DNA of 64,000 nucleotides from Gemmatimonadota bacterium (GCA_046758745.1 JBHIAV010000003.1:1-64000); one strand, 5' to 3'. Numbered from the stretch's first letter, positions 41,810 to 52,213 are shown. Notes: a model not told the origin generated them from the letters alone. Numbers and translations: made by a program.

Positions 41810-43243
41810 ATGCGTCCTCTAGGCTGCTCGATGGTGGCGGCGCTGTACGCGGTGGCGCCGGCCCTGGGCGCGGTGGCGCCGGCCCTGGGCGCGCAGGTGT
41901 CGGGGGAGAGGACGACGTCGCTCACCGAACTGAGTTCCTCCTTCGAGCGCCTCTCGGCCGCGATCGCTCCCTCCGTCGTGCGGATCCAGACGACCGGTTT
42001 CGGACTCTCCGAGGAGAGCCTCCGGGCGGGCTCGTTCGCCCACACGCAGAGCGAGGGATCGGGCGTCATCCTCCATCCCGACGGCTATATCGTCACGAAC
42101 GCGCATGTGGTCGAGGGCGCGCAGCGCGTTCGCGTCGAGCTGGCCGCCCCTCCGGAGTCGCTTCCCACGGGTCGGTCGATCCTTCGGCCCCGCGGAGAGC
42201 TGCTCGAGGCACGCGTCGTCGGGGTGGATGTGGAGACCGACCTGGCGGTGCTGAGGGTGGAGCGCTCGGGCCTTCCGGCCGTCCAGCTCGCCGACTCCGA
42301 CGAGCTGCAACCCGGCCAGATCGTCCTCGCCTTCGGGAGTCCTCTCGGCCTCGAGAACTCCGTCACCATGGGCGTGGTGAGCGCGGTGGCACGTCAGCTC
42401 CGGCCGGGGGACCCGATGGTCTACATCCAGACGGACGCCCCGATCAACCCGGGCAGCAGCGGCGGTCCTCTGGTGGACGCGACCGGCCGTGTCGTCGGAA
42501 TCAACACCTTCATCTTCTCCCGGTCCGGCGGGAACGAGGGGATCGGCTTCGCCGCTCCCAGCAACATCGTGGCGAGCGTGTTCCGGCAGTTGAAGGAGAC
42601 CGGCCGCGTTCGGCGGGGCATCATCGGGGTGACGGCCCAGACGATCGATCCGATGATGGCCGCCGGCCTCGGGCTGCCCCGCTCCTGGGGGGTGATACTG
42701 GGAGACGTACATCCCGGCGGGCCGGCGGATCGGACCGGGCTGCGAGTGGGCGACATCGTGCTCACTCTGGACGGAAAGCCTATGGAGAACGGGCGGCAAT
42801 TCGACGTCAACGTGTACCGCAAAGTCATCGGCGACATCACCCGACTCGAGGTGTTGCGCGGCGACTCGACCCTCACTTTCGAGGTGCCGGTCTACGAGCG
42901 GGCGTTCGACCCACAGAGCCTGGCCGACCTCGTGACCGAGGAGGAGAACCTGATCCCGGAGCTCGGGATCCTCGGGATCACCCTGGACGCCGAGTTGGCC
43001 CGCCTTCTTCCGCCGCTCCGCAACCGCAGCGGGGTGATCGTGGCCGCCAGGGCGCCCGGCGTCACGTACTGGGGAGGGAACGGTCTTCTCCCGGGCGACG
43101 TCATCCTCGCGGTGAACGGGATACCCGTGAGCGGGCTGGCCACCCTGCGCTCGGCCATGGGGAGGACCCGTCACGGTGAACCGGTGGTCGTGCAGGTGGA
43201 GCGCCGCGGCGGGTTGCGCTACCTGGTCTTCGAGCGGGAGTGA
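41810..43243 (+). CDS. HtrA/DegQ-like serine protease with two PDZ domains
   Basis: GSGVI, TNAHVV, TDLAVL, IQTDAPINPGSSGGPL; GGAGG SD. Confidence 0.93.
   Translation: MRPLGCSMVAALYAVAPALGAVAPALGAQVSGERTTSLTELSSSFERLSAAIAPSVVRIQTTGFGLSEESLRAGSFAHTQSEGSGVILHPDGYIVTNAHVVEGAQRVRVELAAPPESLPTGRSILRPRGELLEARVVGVDVETDLAVLRVERSGLPAVQLADSDELQPGQIVLAFGSPLGLENSVTMGVVSAVARQLRPGDPMVYIQTDAPINPGSSGGPLVDATGRVVGINTFIFSRSGGNEGIGFAAPSNIVASVFRQLKETGRVRRGIIGVTAQTIDPMMAAGLGLPRSWGVILGDVHPGGPADRTGLRVGDIVLTLDGKPMENGRQFDVNVYRKVIGDITRLEVLRGDSTLTFEVPVYERAFDPQSLADLVTEEENLIPELGILGITLDAELARLLPPLRNRSGVIVAARAPGVTYWGGNGLLPGDVILAVNGIPVSGLATLRSAMGRTRHGEPVVVQVERRGGLRYLVFERE
41848..41893. repeat. Perfect 21-bp tandem duplication in the signal peptide
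   Basis: CGCGGTGGCGCCGGCCCTGGG x2 (AVAPALG x2). Confidence 0.9.
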
Positions 43244-43247
43244 GACG

Positions 43248-44060
43248 GTGATTCCACCGAAGAAGCGCGATGAGGCAAGGGCCGGAAGGGGCACGAAAGA
43301 GGGCGGGCGTCGCGGCGCTGTGGCGCCCCGCACCTTCACGGATCGCAAGAGCAACTCGGAGATGGTCCTTGCCGATTCCGAGCGCACCTTCAAGGTGGTG
43401 GAACGCGCGCTCCGCGAGCTGTGGGATGTGGTGGACGAGCTCGCGCGCATCCTCCCAACGCAGCCGGAGTACTATCGCGTCACCATATTCGGCTCCTCTC
43501 GCATGAACGCGGGCGATCCCCTGTACGCGGACGTCCGCCGCTTGGCCAAGGAGCTCGCCGGGATGGGGTGCGACATCGTGACGGGAGGGGGACCGGGCCT
43601 CATGCAGGCGGCGAACGAGGGGGAGCGGCTCGGAGACACGCTGCAGAGGACGCGCTCCTACGGGCTCAACGTCGAGCTCCCGCACGAGCAGATGCCGAAC
43701 CCTTTCGTCGAGAAGCTGTACCACCACAAGACCTTCTTTTCACGCCTGCACCATTTCGTGAGGCTCTCCAGCGCCTTCGTGGTCGTGCAGGGCGGGATCG
43801 GCACCTCCCTCGAAACGATGCTCGTCTGGCAGCTCTGCCAGGTCAGACACGTGCACGACCGCCCGCTCGTCCTGGTTGGACAGATGTGGAGGGGTCTCGT
43901 CGCGTGGGCGCGTGAGTACATGGTGGAGTCGGGCCAACGGCTCGCCGACCCGGAGGACCTCCAGATCCCGATCTGTGTCGACACCGTGGACGAGGCGGTG
44001 GAGGTCGTCCGGAAGGACCTGGAGCGCTGGAACGCGGCGAGGGCGGGTAAGACTCCGTGA
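43248..44060 (+). CDS. LOG family protein
   Basis: VTIFGS, TGGGPGLM.AAN, LPHEQ.PN, GGIGTSLE. Confidence 0.88.
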   Translation: MIPPKKRDEARAGRGTKEGGRRGAVAPRTFTDRKSNSEMVLADSERTFKVVERALRELWDVVDELARILPTQPEYYRVTIFGSSRMNAGDPLYADVRRLAKELAGMGCDIVTGGGPGLMQAANEGERLGDTLQRTRSYGLNVELPHEQMPNPFVEKLYHHKTFFSRLHHFVRLSSAFVVVQGGIGTSLETMLVWQLCQVRHVHDRPLVLVGQMWRGLVAWAREYMVESGQRLADPEDLQIPICVDTVDEAVEVVRKDLERWNAARAGKTP

Positions 44061-44367
44061 ACTTCTAGGGCGGCCTCCCGCCGCTTGCTGCATGACGTGC
44101 GCCCCGGCAACCCCGCGGCGCGCTCGCTCTCAGACTCCTCACGCCCCTCCTTCCATCGCCTCGCCGGGGCGGCGAGGCGGGCAGAGCTTCCGCTCACCAG
44201 CAACGGAGATCGGGAATGCAACGTTGCTTCCGCTCAAGCTGACCTGAGTCAGGCCGGCCGGCGACGAGGGTTCACCCCACGGTCAACCCTTTCGCCGCGC
44301 GCGGAGTCTAAGCGTTGGGTGTGGGGAGGATCCGGCCGCGTGCGGCGCGGCCGACGCCCCACTACAG

Positions 44368-44420
44368 CGGGCGGTGGACGCGAGACTCCGGGCGGTGGAC
44401 GCGAGACCCCGGGGCGGTGG
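44368..44420. repeat. 21-bp tandem repeat (~2.5 copies), intergenic
   Basis: CGGGCGGTGGACGCGAGACYC. Confidence 0.85.
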
Positions 44421-44471
44421 CACCCGCATGCCGGAAGAACCGAAATGTGCCGGGCGTGGAGGGTGGCGAGC

Positions 44472-46745
44472 ATGCGGAGCCTCATCCTGGCGGCGCTGCT
44501 GGCTCTGCCGATCGGCAGCTTGCAGGCCCGGTCCTCGTCGACCGAACAAGATCCCGAGACCTCCTCTTTCTTCGAGCCCAACATCCAACCGATCCTCCAG
44601 GTGCGTCGCGCAGCCGGCGATATCGAGATCGACGGTGCTCTCGATGATCCCGGCTGGGCCGGAGCGGCGCGAGCCACGAACTTCGCCGAGAACTGGCCGC
44701 GGGAGAAGGGAGAGCCGCCGGTGGAGAGCGAGGTTCTGGTCAGCTACGACGAAGACAATCTGTACCTTGGGTTCATCGCGCAGGACGATCCGAGCAGCAT
44801 CCGGGCGTCTCTGCGGGATCGGGACGAGATGTGGTCGGACGACTACTTCGGTATCCTGCTCGACACGTATGGCGACGCGTCGTGGGCTTACTTCCTGTTC
44901 GCCAACCCATTCGGGATCCAGGGAGACTCGCGATTCGTCTCCAGTGGAGGCGAAGATGACAACTTCGACATCATCTACTACACGGAGGGGCAGATCACGG
45001 AGACCGGGTACGTGATCGAGATGGCGATCCCCTTCAAGAGCCTCCGCTTCCCGGACCGGCCGGTCCAGGAGTGGCGCGCGACGTTCTGGCGAACGCGTCC
45101 GCGGGAAAGCCGTTCCACCTACACGTGGGCCGCCATGGATCGGGATGAATCCTGCTTCCTGTGTCAGTTCGGAACGCTCGCCGGAATGGAAGGAGTGAGG
45201 CCGGGCGGAGCGCTGGAGATCATTCCGTCGGTGGTCACCTCCCAGGTAGGGATCCTGCGTGACGCCTCCGATCCCAATTCGGGAATCGAGAACGGGGGCG
45301 TGGATGGTGATGGCGCGCTCGGCATTCGCTACGCGTTCCCCAACGGAATCACGGCCGAGGTGGCGATCAATCAGGACTTCAGCCAGGTCGAGTCGGACGT
45401 CGCGCAGATCGACGTGAACACTACCTTCGCCCTCTTCTTCCCGGAGCGCCGACCCTTCTTCCAGGAGGGAAGCGACCTGTTCGATACCTTCATCAACGCC
45501 GTCTACACACGCTCGATCAACGACCCACAGGTCACGGGCCGCCTGACCGCCCGGATGGGACGAACGAGCTTCGCGTACATCGGAGCCCGGGACGAGAACT
45601 CGCCGCTCCTCATCCCGTTCGAGGAGCGGAGCTTCATCGGCCAGGCGGGCAGGAGCTTCACGAACATCGGACGTGTGAAGCAGACGCTCTACTCCAACGC
45701 GTACGTGGGCGCGCTGTTCACGGATCGTCGTTTCGAAGGCAACGACGGATCGGGCAGCGTCTTCGGAGCGGACGGCGTATTTACTCTGGGGCAAAAGCAC
45801 CGGGTGGAGTGGCAGATTCTGGGCAGCCGCACCTCGGAGCCCAACGATCTGAGCCTCACGGATGGCGTCGACCACCTCGATTTCGCCCGCGGGGCGCACA
45901 CGGCCGCCTTCGATGGGGAGTCCTTCTGGGGCTACGCCCAATACACGAGCTTCGAGCGAAGCGCCCGCACGTGGAACTTCCACTTCAGGTATTCGGCTCT
46001 CAGTCCCACCTTCCGCGCCGACAACGGGTTCGAGACGCGGAATGACAACCGCCGGCTCACCATGTGGCAGTCGCTCGCGTTCTACCCGAACAGCTCCATC
46101 CTGGACCAGATCCGACCCGGATTCTTCGCCAGGCGCTCGTGGAACTTCGACGGCGTGCGAAAGCGCGATCTGGTGGAACCTACGCTTTCCCTCAATCTGA
46201 AGGCGCAGACCTTCCTCAACGTGTGGTACGACTTCGGGCGCGAGCGTTTCCAGGAAATCGAGTTCGACGGCATCCGTCGCTGGGGCGCATTCGTGAATTC
46301 GAACTTCAGCGATCCCGTGAAGCTCGGGTTCTTCGTCTCACACGGGCGCTCGATCGCCCGCAACCTCGACACTCCGGTGCTCGGTACGAGCACGGACTTC
46401 GAGCTGTTCGGCAGTTTCAAGCCGCACACGCGGCTGGTCATCCAGCCCTCGCTCACCTTCTCCGAGCTCAACGAGCCGAACGGAGACGAGGTGTTCAGCG
46501 GGTACATCCTCCGAACGCGCACGAATCTCCAGTTCACGCGCGAGCTCTTCCTGCGGCTCGTAGTCCAGTACAACGACTTCGGCCAGCAGCTCAGCATCGA
46601 GCCGTTGCTCACCTACAAGGTGAACCCGTTCACCCTCTTCTTCATCGGCTCGACGCTCGCCTACCGGAACTACGAAGAGCCCGATGTATTCGCTCAGACG
46701 GAGCGGCAGTTCTTCGCCAAGTTCCAGTACCTGCTGCGGCTTTAG
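44472..46745 (+). CDS. CBM9-like / DUF5916 outer-membrane protein
   Basis: IDGALDD..W, EMAIPFKSLRF, N.DFSQVE.D, FFPERRPFF.EG; C-terminal FFAKFQYL beta-signal-like motif. Confidence 0.85.
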   Translation: MRSLILAALLALPIGSLQARSSSTEQDPETSSFFEPNIQPILQVRRAAGDIEIDGALDDPGWAGAARATNFAENWPREKGEPPVESEVLVSYDEDNLYLGFIAQDDPSSIRASLRDRDEMWSDDYFGILLDTYGDASWAYFLFANPFGIQGDSRFVSSGGEDDNFDIIYYTEGQITETGYVIEMAIPFKSLRFPDRPVQEWRATFWRTRPRESRSTYTWAAMDRDESCFLCQFGTLAGMEGVRPGGALEIIPSVVTSQVGILRDASDPNSGIENGGVDGDGALGIRYAFPNGITAEVAINQDFSQVESDVAQIDVNTTFALFFPERRPFFQEGSDLFDTFINAVYTRSINDPQVTGRLTARMGRTSFAYIGARDENSPLLIPFEERSFIGQAGRSFTNIGRVKQTLYSNAYVGALFTDRRFEGNDGSGSVFGADGVFTLGQKHRVEWQILGSRTSEPNDLSLTDGVDHLDFARGAHTAAFDGESFWGYAQYTSFERSARTWNFHFRYSALSPTFRADNGFETRNDNRRLTMWQSLAFYPNSSILDQIRPGFFARRSWNFDGVRKRDLVEPTLSLNLKAQTFLNVWYDFGRERFQEIEFDGIRRWGAFVNSNFSDPVKLGFFVSHGRSIARNLDTPVLGTSTDFELFGSFKPHTRLVIQPSLTFSELNEPNGDEVFSGYILRTRTNLQFTRELFLRLVVQYNDFGQQLSIEPLLTYKVNPFTLFFIGSTLAYRNYEEPDVFAQTERQFFAKFQYLLRL

Positions 46746-46994
46746 ATGCGGGGGAGCGATCGGAGAGAGGGAGCGCGGCCGCCGAGATAGGCGGATGGCC
46801 GCGGGGCCGGCCGCCAGAGATCCGCTCGGCTTACGCTATGCCGGCGGTTCGCGCGAAGGAAACCAACCCCCTCCATCGAGGTAATATGCAGCTGGAGGCA
46901 CGCCGGCTCGGGCTGGATCAGCGGCCGGAGGGCGTTCCATGCTGCCTCTGCCCGGGCCTCGGTCGACCACCCGAACACCCATCAGAGAAGGAAA

Positions 46995-47813
46995 ATGCGC
47001 TTGGGGCGCACGCCCTCCTCGGTGCGGCGTATCGCGCGGAATGGGCCCCACTTCAGGCGTGTCAGCCGGCGATACGATGCGCTGCGGACGTTTCACGGGA
47101 GCGTCGTAGAGAGGACCGTCGAAGCTCTCGAGCCGCTCCGGCGACCGATCACCCTGGTCGACGTCGGGGTGGGTACGGGCAGGTATCTCCTGCCGATTTT
47201 CCGGCGCCTGGAGGAGGAGGCGCCCGGATCGGTGCGCGCCGTCGGTGTGGACGCGGAATCGGCGATGCTCGAACGGTTCGTGGGGCGGGCCGGTGCCGCG
47301 AGCCGCCTGACGGCCCTCGTAGCCGATGGACACCGACTTCCCCTACCAGACGGCGTCGTAGGCGCGCTCCTCCGCTTCAACGCGATACACCACCTCGAGC
47401 TACGCTCATTCCTCGCCGAGGCGGCACGCGTCCTCCTACGCGGCGGCCGGTTGCTTCTTTACACGAGGACTCCGGAGCAGAACCGACGCACGATCTGGGG
47501 GCGATACTTCCCCCTCTTCGCCGATAGGGAGAGACGTCTGCACTCGGCAGAGCGAATTCAACAGCTGCTCGAGCGGGCCGGCCGGTTCCAGCTCCTCGAG
47601 CTCGCTTCGGTGCGGCATGTCGAGCGCACGTCTCCACAGCGTCTGCAAGAGCAGGCTCGTCTCCGGCATTACTCCACCTTCGAGCTGTATACGTCGGAGG
47701 AGTTCCGGCACGCTCTCGAGCTTTTCCGGCATCGCCTGGAGGTTGAGCTCGACGGGGAGCGGACGATCGAGGTCACCCATGAGAACACGTGGGTAGCCGC
47801 GGAACGTGTCTGA
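46995..47813 (+). CDS. Class I SAM-dependent methyltransferase
   Basis: LVDVGVGTG, ADGHRLPL, AIHH, EAARVL..GG; start uncertain. Confidence 0.8.
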   Translation: MRLGRTPSSVRRIARNGPHFRRVSRRYDALRTFHGSVVERTVEALEPLRRPITLVDVGVGTGRYLLPIFRRLEEEAPGSVRAVGVDAESAMLERFVGRAGAASRLTALVADGHRLPLPDGVVGALLRFNAIHHLELRSFLAEAARVLLRGGRLLLYTRTPEQNRRTIWGRYFPLFADRERRLHSAERIQQLLERAGRFQLLELASVRHVERTSPQRLQEQARLRHYSTFELYTSEEFRHALELFRHRLEVELDGERTIEVTHENTWVAAERV

Positions 47814-47911
47814 TCGGAGACCCTGGCCCGAGGACGTCCCTTCAGGTTCCCTTCGACCTCACGACCACCGTGCGCACGATGCTCATCGTGCAGCGCCTGA
47901 CGGTTCCGGTC

Positions 47912-49099
47912 CTACAGTATCTCGAAGCCCACGGCGGGGGGCGTCGCCGGCGCGACCGAAGGAGCCCGCACGGCCCGAGGGGTCGCCGGCACCACCATCT
48001 CCGGGATCCGGATCCCCCGGATCTCGAACTCGGGCACGACGATCTCCGGCACCACCATCTCCGGGATGGCGAACTCCGGCAGGACGATCGAACGGGTCGA
48101 GATCTCGGGGATCGTGAACGAGGGAATCGTGAACTCTGGGATCACGAGCGGAGCCACATCGAACTCCGGGACCTCGAAGGAGAACTCCTCCGGGCCATCG
48201 AATTCGAAGTAGAAGGCCTGCTCGGAAGGAGGCCCGAAGTGAAGGCGGGAGCCCTCTCGCTCGGGGAGCTCGACCGTCAGGCTCCTTTCGCGCTTGTCTC
48301 GCAGAATCGTCACCGTGATCGGCCCGGCCTCCGCGTCTCGGACGGCACGGGCCGCGTCGCCGGGATCCTCGATCTCCACGTCGCCGATCCGCGTGATCAC
48401 GTCCCCCGCCTTGAGCCCTGCTTTCTCGGCCGGCGAGTCCTCGCGCACGGAGGAGATGAGCGCGCCCTTGCCGTCAGACGCGCCGAAGTACTCCCCGAGC
48501 TGTTCGCTGAGGCTCTGCATTACAACCCCCAGCCGGCCCCTCTCCGCGTTGATGAAGATGCTGTACGCCCCGCCCGGCCCCACATGGCGCATGCGCTCCT
48601 TCATCGACTCGCCCAGCTCCCTCATCTCTTTCATCCGCCGCTCGTGGGCGCGCGCCCACGCCCTCCTCCCCGGACGCTCGCCCAATGTGACGGAGATCTC
48701 CCGCTCGTCCCCGTCCCGCCACACCCCGAGCCTCACCGTGCGATCGGCCGGTGTCTCTCGAACGAGACGCCGGAGCTGCATCGCGCTCTCCACCCGGGCC
48801 CCGTTCCAGCTCAGGATGATGTCGTCCTTCTCCAGCCCCGCCTCGGAGGCCGGGCTCTCCTCGGAGATATCCGTCAGGAGGGCACCGCGGGGCTCCGAGA
48901 GGCCGAGGCGGTCCGCCGCCTCCCGGTCCACCTCCTCGATGTACACGCCCAGGTAGCTTCCGCCGGCACCGAACGCGAAGGCCCGAACACGCGGTTCGGG
49001 GGCGTCCTCCTTCTCCTGCGCCCGGAGCGAGGAGGAGAAACCGGCGACGGCGGCGGTGGCGAGCAGAGCGCCGAGGACCAGCAGCAGCCTGCGTCTCAT
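47912..49099 (-). CDS. Secreted protein with two PDZ domains and a Pro/Glu pentapeptide-repeat tail
   Basis: YLGV..SPA..AGL..DDII; RLGV..SPAEKAGLKAGDVI; no protease domain seen. Confidence 0.85.
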   Translation of the reverse strand: MRRRLLLVLGALLATAAVAGFSSSLRAQEKEDAPEPRVRAFAFGAGGSYLGVYIEEVDREAADRLGLSEPRGALLTDISEESPASEAGLEKDDIILSWNGARVESAMQLRRLVRETPADRTVRLGVWRDGDEREISVTLGERPGRRAWARAHERRMKEMRELGESMKERMRHVGPGGAYSIFINAERGRLGVVMQSLSEQLGEYFGASDGKGALISSVREDSPAEKAGLKAGDVITRIGDVEIEDPGDAARAVRDAEAGPITVTILRDKRERSLTVELPEREGSRLHFGPPSEQAFYFEFDGPEEFSFEVPEFDVAPLVIPEFTIPSFTIPEISTRSIVLPEFAIPEMVVPEIVVPEFEIRGIRIPEMVVPATPRAVRAPSVAPATPPAVGFEIL

Positions 49100-49314
49100 C
49101 TTCCTATCTCCTTGCCATAAAGCGCGTTGCTAACCATCCGGCCGCGCCGGCGCCCTCGTCGCCGCGGATCGAGGCGAGCGATCCGCCTGCGATCCGGCGG
49201 CCCGAGGATCGGCGCACTACCCTCGCTTTCACACGGTTGGACATACCAGGCGTCCGCCGAGTTGCCCGGACACGGTACGGGCCACTCCCACGCCGGCGAC
49301 GGGGCGGCGTCCGG

Positions 49315-50241
49315 CTACGGCGCGGCTACGCGCCGCGACCCGGAGGAGCCGCCACCACGCCGGGGCGGAGCCACGATGCGGATCGCGCCCGGGAGCACCT
49401 CGAAGCTCAGAGGCCCTCCGGGACACCTCTCGCCGTCCACGTTGCACTCGCCCGGTGGATCCAGCTCGAGCCGGACGCGGCGGGCCCGGCGCAGGAGGAG
49501 GCGGCGGCTCCCGGCCTGGCGCCCGAGCAGGATCCGCAGCGCCTCGGCGGCCAGCCGCGGGCCGGACAGGGCGGGCATGATCATGAGATCGAGCAGGCCA
49601 TCGTCGGGGCGCGCGGCCGGGGCGAGCGGGATGCGACCCCCGGCGAAGCGTCCGTTCGCCACCACGACCATCACGCTCTCGAGATCGATCTTCTCGTCCC
49701 CGTCGAGCTCGACGTGGGTCCGATAGGGCCGTAGCGCTCCCACCTCGCCGATCGCCGCGCGCAGGTAGGCGAGCGGGCCCCACCTTCTCTTCATCACGGG
49801 GTCCATGCGTCGGTCGATCGTACCGCCGTAGCCGGCGACAAGCGCGTTCACGAAATGGCCGGATCGAGCGCCCGCCACGCGAACCACATCCAGCCTGCGC
49901 TCGGGACCCGCGCGAAGGAGGTCGATGGCCGGCTCCACCCTGCGAGGGATGCCGTAGCTTCGCGCCAGGTCGTTTCCCGTCCCGAGCGGGATGAGGCCGA
50001 CCCGCACGGCGGGGAAGCCGGGCGCGAGCCCGGCGACGACCTCGCTCACCGTGCCATCGCCGCCAGCGGCCACGATCGTCTCGAACCCGGCCGCCGCCGC
50101 CTCGGCGGCCAGCTTCGAGGCGTCGCCGGGCGCACCCGTCACCCGCACCTCGGCGCCGGGGAGCCGGGCGGCCGCGGCGCGCAGGACGGACGGGTCTGTG
50201 CCGCTGCCCGACACGGGGTTAAGTATTATGCATGTGCTCAT
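49315..50241 (-). CDS. Diacylglycerol/lipid kinase family protein (YegS-like)
   Basis: ILNPVSG, AGGDGT, PLGTGNDLA, NGRFAGG, VDGE. Confidence 0.92.
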   Translation of the reverse strand: MSTCIILNPVSGSGTDPSVLRAAAARLPGAEVRVTGAPGDASKLAAEAAAAGFETIVAAGGDGTVSEVVAGLAPGFPAVRVGLIPLGTGNDLARSYGIPRRVEPAIDLLRAGPERRLDVVRVAGARSGHFVNALVAGYGGTIDRRMDPVMKRRWGPLAYLRAAIGEVGALRPYRTHVELDGDEKIDLESVMVVVANGRFAGGRIPLAPAARPDDGLLDLMIMPALSGPRLAAEALRILLGRQAGSRRLLLRRARRVRLELDPPGECNVDGERCPGGPLSFEVLPGAIRIVAPPRRGGGSSGSRRVAAP

Positions 50242-50339
50242 CCTTTCATATCTTGCGGGCGCGGGGCCGGTCGGGGCCATACCGATGCGGCGGGCCGGCC
50301 ACGCGATCGCGCGGCGCGGCCCCCCTCTCCTGAGAGCGC

Positions 50340-51593
50340 GTGTCTCCCCCGCGTGTGGTGATCCTCGGAGCCGGCTTCGGCGGCCTTACCTGCGCGAGGG
50401 CCCTCTCCGGCGAGCCGGTTCGCGTCATCCTCATCGACCGGAACAACTACCACCTCTTCACGCCCCTCCTGTATCAGGTGGCGAGCTCGCTCCTCAACCC
50501 GAGCGACATCGCCTACCCGGTGCGCACCGTCTTCCGCCGCTCGAAGAACGTGCGCTTCCGGGTGGGCGAGGCGGACGGCATTGATTTCGATCGCAAGTTC
50601 GTCCGCATGCGCGACGGGGATGTGCTACCGTACGACTTCCTGGTGATCGCGACGGGAAGCGCCACCAACTACTTCGGGATGCGGGACATCGAAGCGGGAG
50701 CGCTCGGGCTCAAGGACATGCCGGAGGCGCTCCAGCTCCGGAACCACATACTCCGCTGCTTCGAGGCGGCCTCGCGCGAGCCCGATCCCGTGCGACGCCG
50801 GCGGTGGCTCACCTTCGTGGTCGTCGGGGGTGGGCCGACGGGCATCGAGTACGCGGGCGCCCTGGCCGAACTGGTGCGCCTCGAGCTCGGCAGGGACTTC
50901 CCGGAGCTGGACATGGCCGAGGTGCGGATCATCCTGCTCGAGGCCACGGGCCGGCTGCTCGCCGCATTCTCGGAGGAGCTCGGAGAGGACGCGCGGCGGC
51001 GGCTCGAACGCCGGAGGATCGAGGTTCGGCTGGACACCCCGGTAGAGGCGACGTCCGATGGAGCCGTCCGGCTGTCCGGGGGGCAGACCCTGGAGACGGA
51101 GACCCTGGTGTGGGCGGCCGGCGTGAAGCCCGGTGGCTTCGCGGCACATATCGAGCTCCCCGCCACGCGCAGCGGCCGCATCCGGGTGGACGAGTACCTG
51201 CGCGTCCCCGGCCGGGAGGGCGTGTTCGCGATCGGCGATGTCGCCGGCGCCGTGCAGGACGGAACCGAGCTGCCGATGCTGTCGGCGCCCGCCATGCAGG
51301 AGGCGCGGAGCGTAGCCCGGAACATCCTCGCCGAGCTGCGGGGAAAGCCACCGAAGCCCTTCCGCTACCGCGACAAGGGGATCATGGCGACGATCGGACG
51401 GAACGCGGCGGTGGCCGAGATCGGGCGCTTCAAGCTGCGCGGGTTCCTCGGGTGGCTCGCCTGGCTGCTCGTCCACCTCTACTTCATCATCGGCTTCCGA
51501 AACCGGCTGTGGGTGCTCGCCGGCTGGGCGTGGAACTACTTCTTCTACGACCGACCGATCCGTCTGATCGTAGGATCAAAGCGCTACAGATAA
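50340..51593 (+). CDS. ndh: Type II NADH dehydrogenase
   Basis: GAGFGG, LFTPLLYQVA, GGGPTGIE, WAAGV, AIGD, AMQE, YRDKG.MATIGR. Confidence 0.9.
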   Translation: MSPPRVVILGAGFGGLTCARALSGEPVRVILIDRNNYHLFTPLLYQVASSLLNPSDIAYPVRTVFRRSKNVRFRVGEADGIDFDRKFVRMRDGDVLPYDFLVIATGSATNYFGMRDIEAGALGLKDMPEALQLRNHILRCFEAASREPDPVRRRRWLTFVVVGGGPTGIEYAGALAELVRLELGRDFPELDMAEVRIILLEATGRLLAAFSEELGEDARRRLERRRIEVRLDTPVEATSDGAVRLSGGQTLETETLVWAAGVKPGGFAAHIELPATRSGRIRVDEYLRVPGREGVFAIGDVAGAVQDGTELPMLSAPAMQEARSVARNILAELRGKPPKPFRYRDKGIMATIGRNAAVAEIGRFKLRGFLGWLAWLLVHLYFIIGFRNRLWVLAGWAWNYFFYDRPIRLIVGSKRYR

Positions 51594-51734
51594 CGGCCGC
51601 AGGATCGTGCCGAGATCGATCCGGTCCCTCCGGGTCCTGGGGCATTCTCATCGCTTCCGCCTCGTCCCTTGACGGAGCGGTGTGCATATAGTTAGCTTGA
51701 AATGTTAGTTGACCAGCGGAGATCGAACATCGGA

Positions 51735-51758
51735 CCTGGCTGACGCCGGGTTTTTTTT
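51735..51758 (+). terminator. Intrinsic terminator-like hairpin upstream of csp
   Basis: CCTGGC-TGAC-GCCGGG followed by T8. Confidence 0.65.
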
Positions 51759-51910
51759 GGCTGGTTGACCACTCCGCTGCGATCCGTCGGCCAGCAGCCG
51801 GCGGGCCGCGTGGGAGCGTCCAACGCGGCAAGTCCGCGACAACAGTGGGTCGGTACGTGCGGCAAATCCGGACTCCGATCACACCACCGATTAACAGAGG
51901 GAGTACGGCA

Positions 51911-52123
51911 ATGCCGATCACGGGGAAAGTAAAATGGTTCGATGATGCCAAGGGTTTTGGCTTCATCACGCGCGACGATGGGCAGAAGGACTGCTTCGTC
52001 CATCATTCCGCCATCCAGAGCGCCGGCTTCAAGTCGCTGAGCGAAGGCGACATCGTGCAGTTCGATGTCGTGCAGGGCCAGAAGGGGCCCGCGGCCGAGA
52101 ACGTGAGAAAGGTCGACGCCTGA
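51911..52123 (+). CDS. cspA: Cold-shock protein
   Basis: TGKVKWF, KGFGFI (RNP1), CFVHHSAI (RNP2), [17 protein letters not shown]. Confidence 0.95.
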   Translation: MPITGKVKWFDDAKGFGFITRDDGQKDCFVHHSAIQSAGFKSLSEGDIVQFDVVQGQKGPAAENVRKVDA

Positions 52124-52147
52124 GGAAACACACCTGAGGCAAGGCAG

Positions 52148-52191
52148 CGAAACGGGCCTTCCTCGAGACCCGAGGAGGGCCCGTTTCGTTT
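52148..52191 (+). terminator. 18-bp stem-loop after csp (terminator or stabiliser)
   Basis: CGAAACGGGCCTTCCTCG-AGACC-CGAGGAGGGCCCGTTTCG-TTT. Confidence 0.75.
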
Positions 52192-52213
52192 CATGCAAAG
52201 AGCAGAGGTGATA

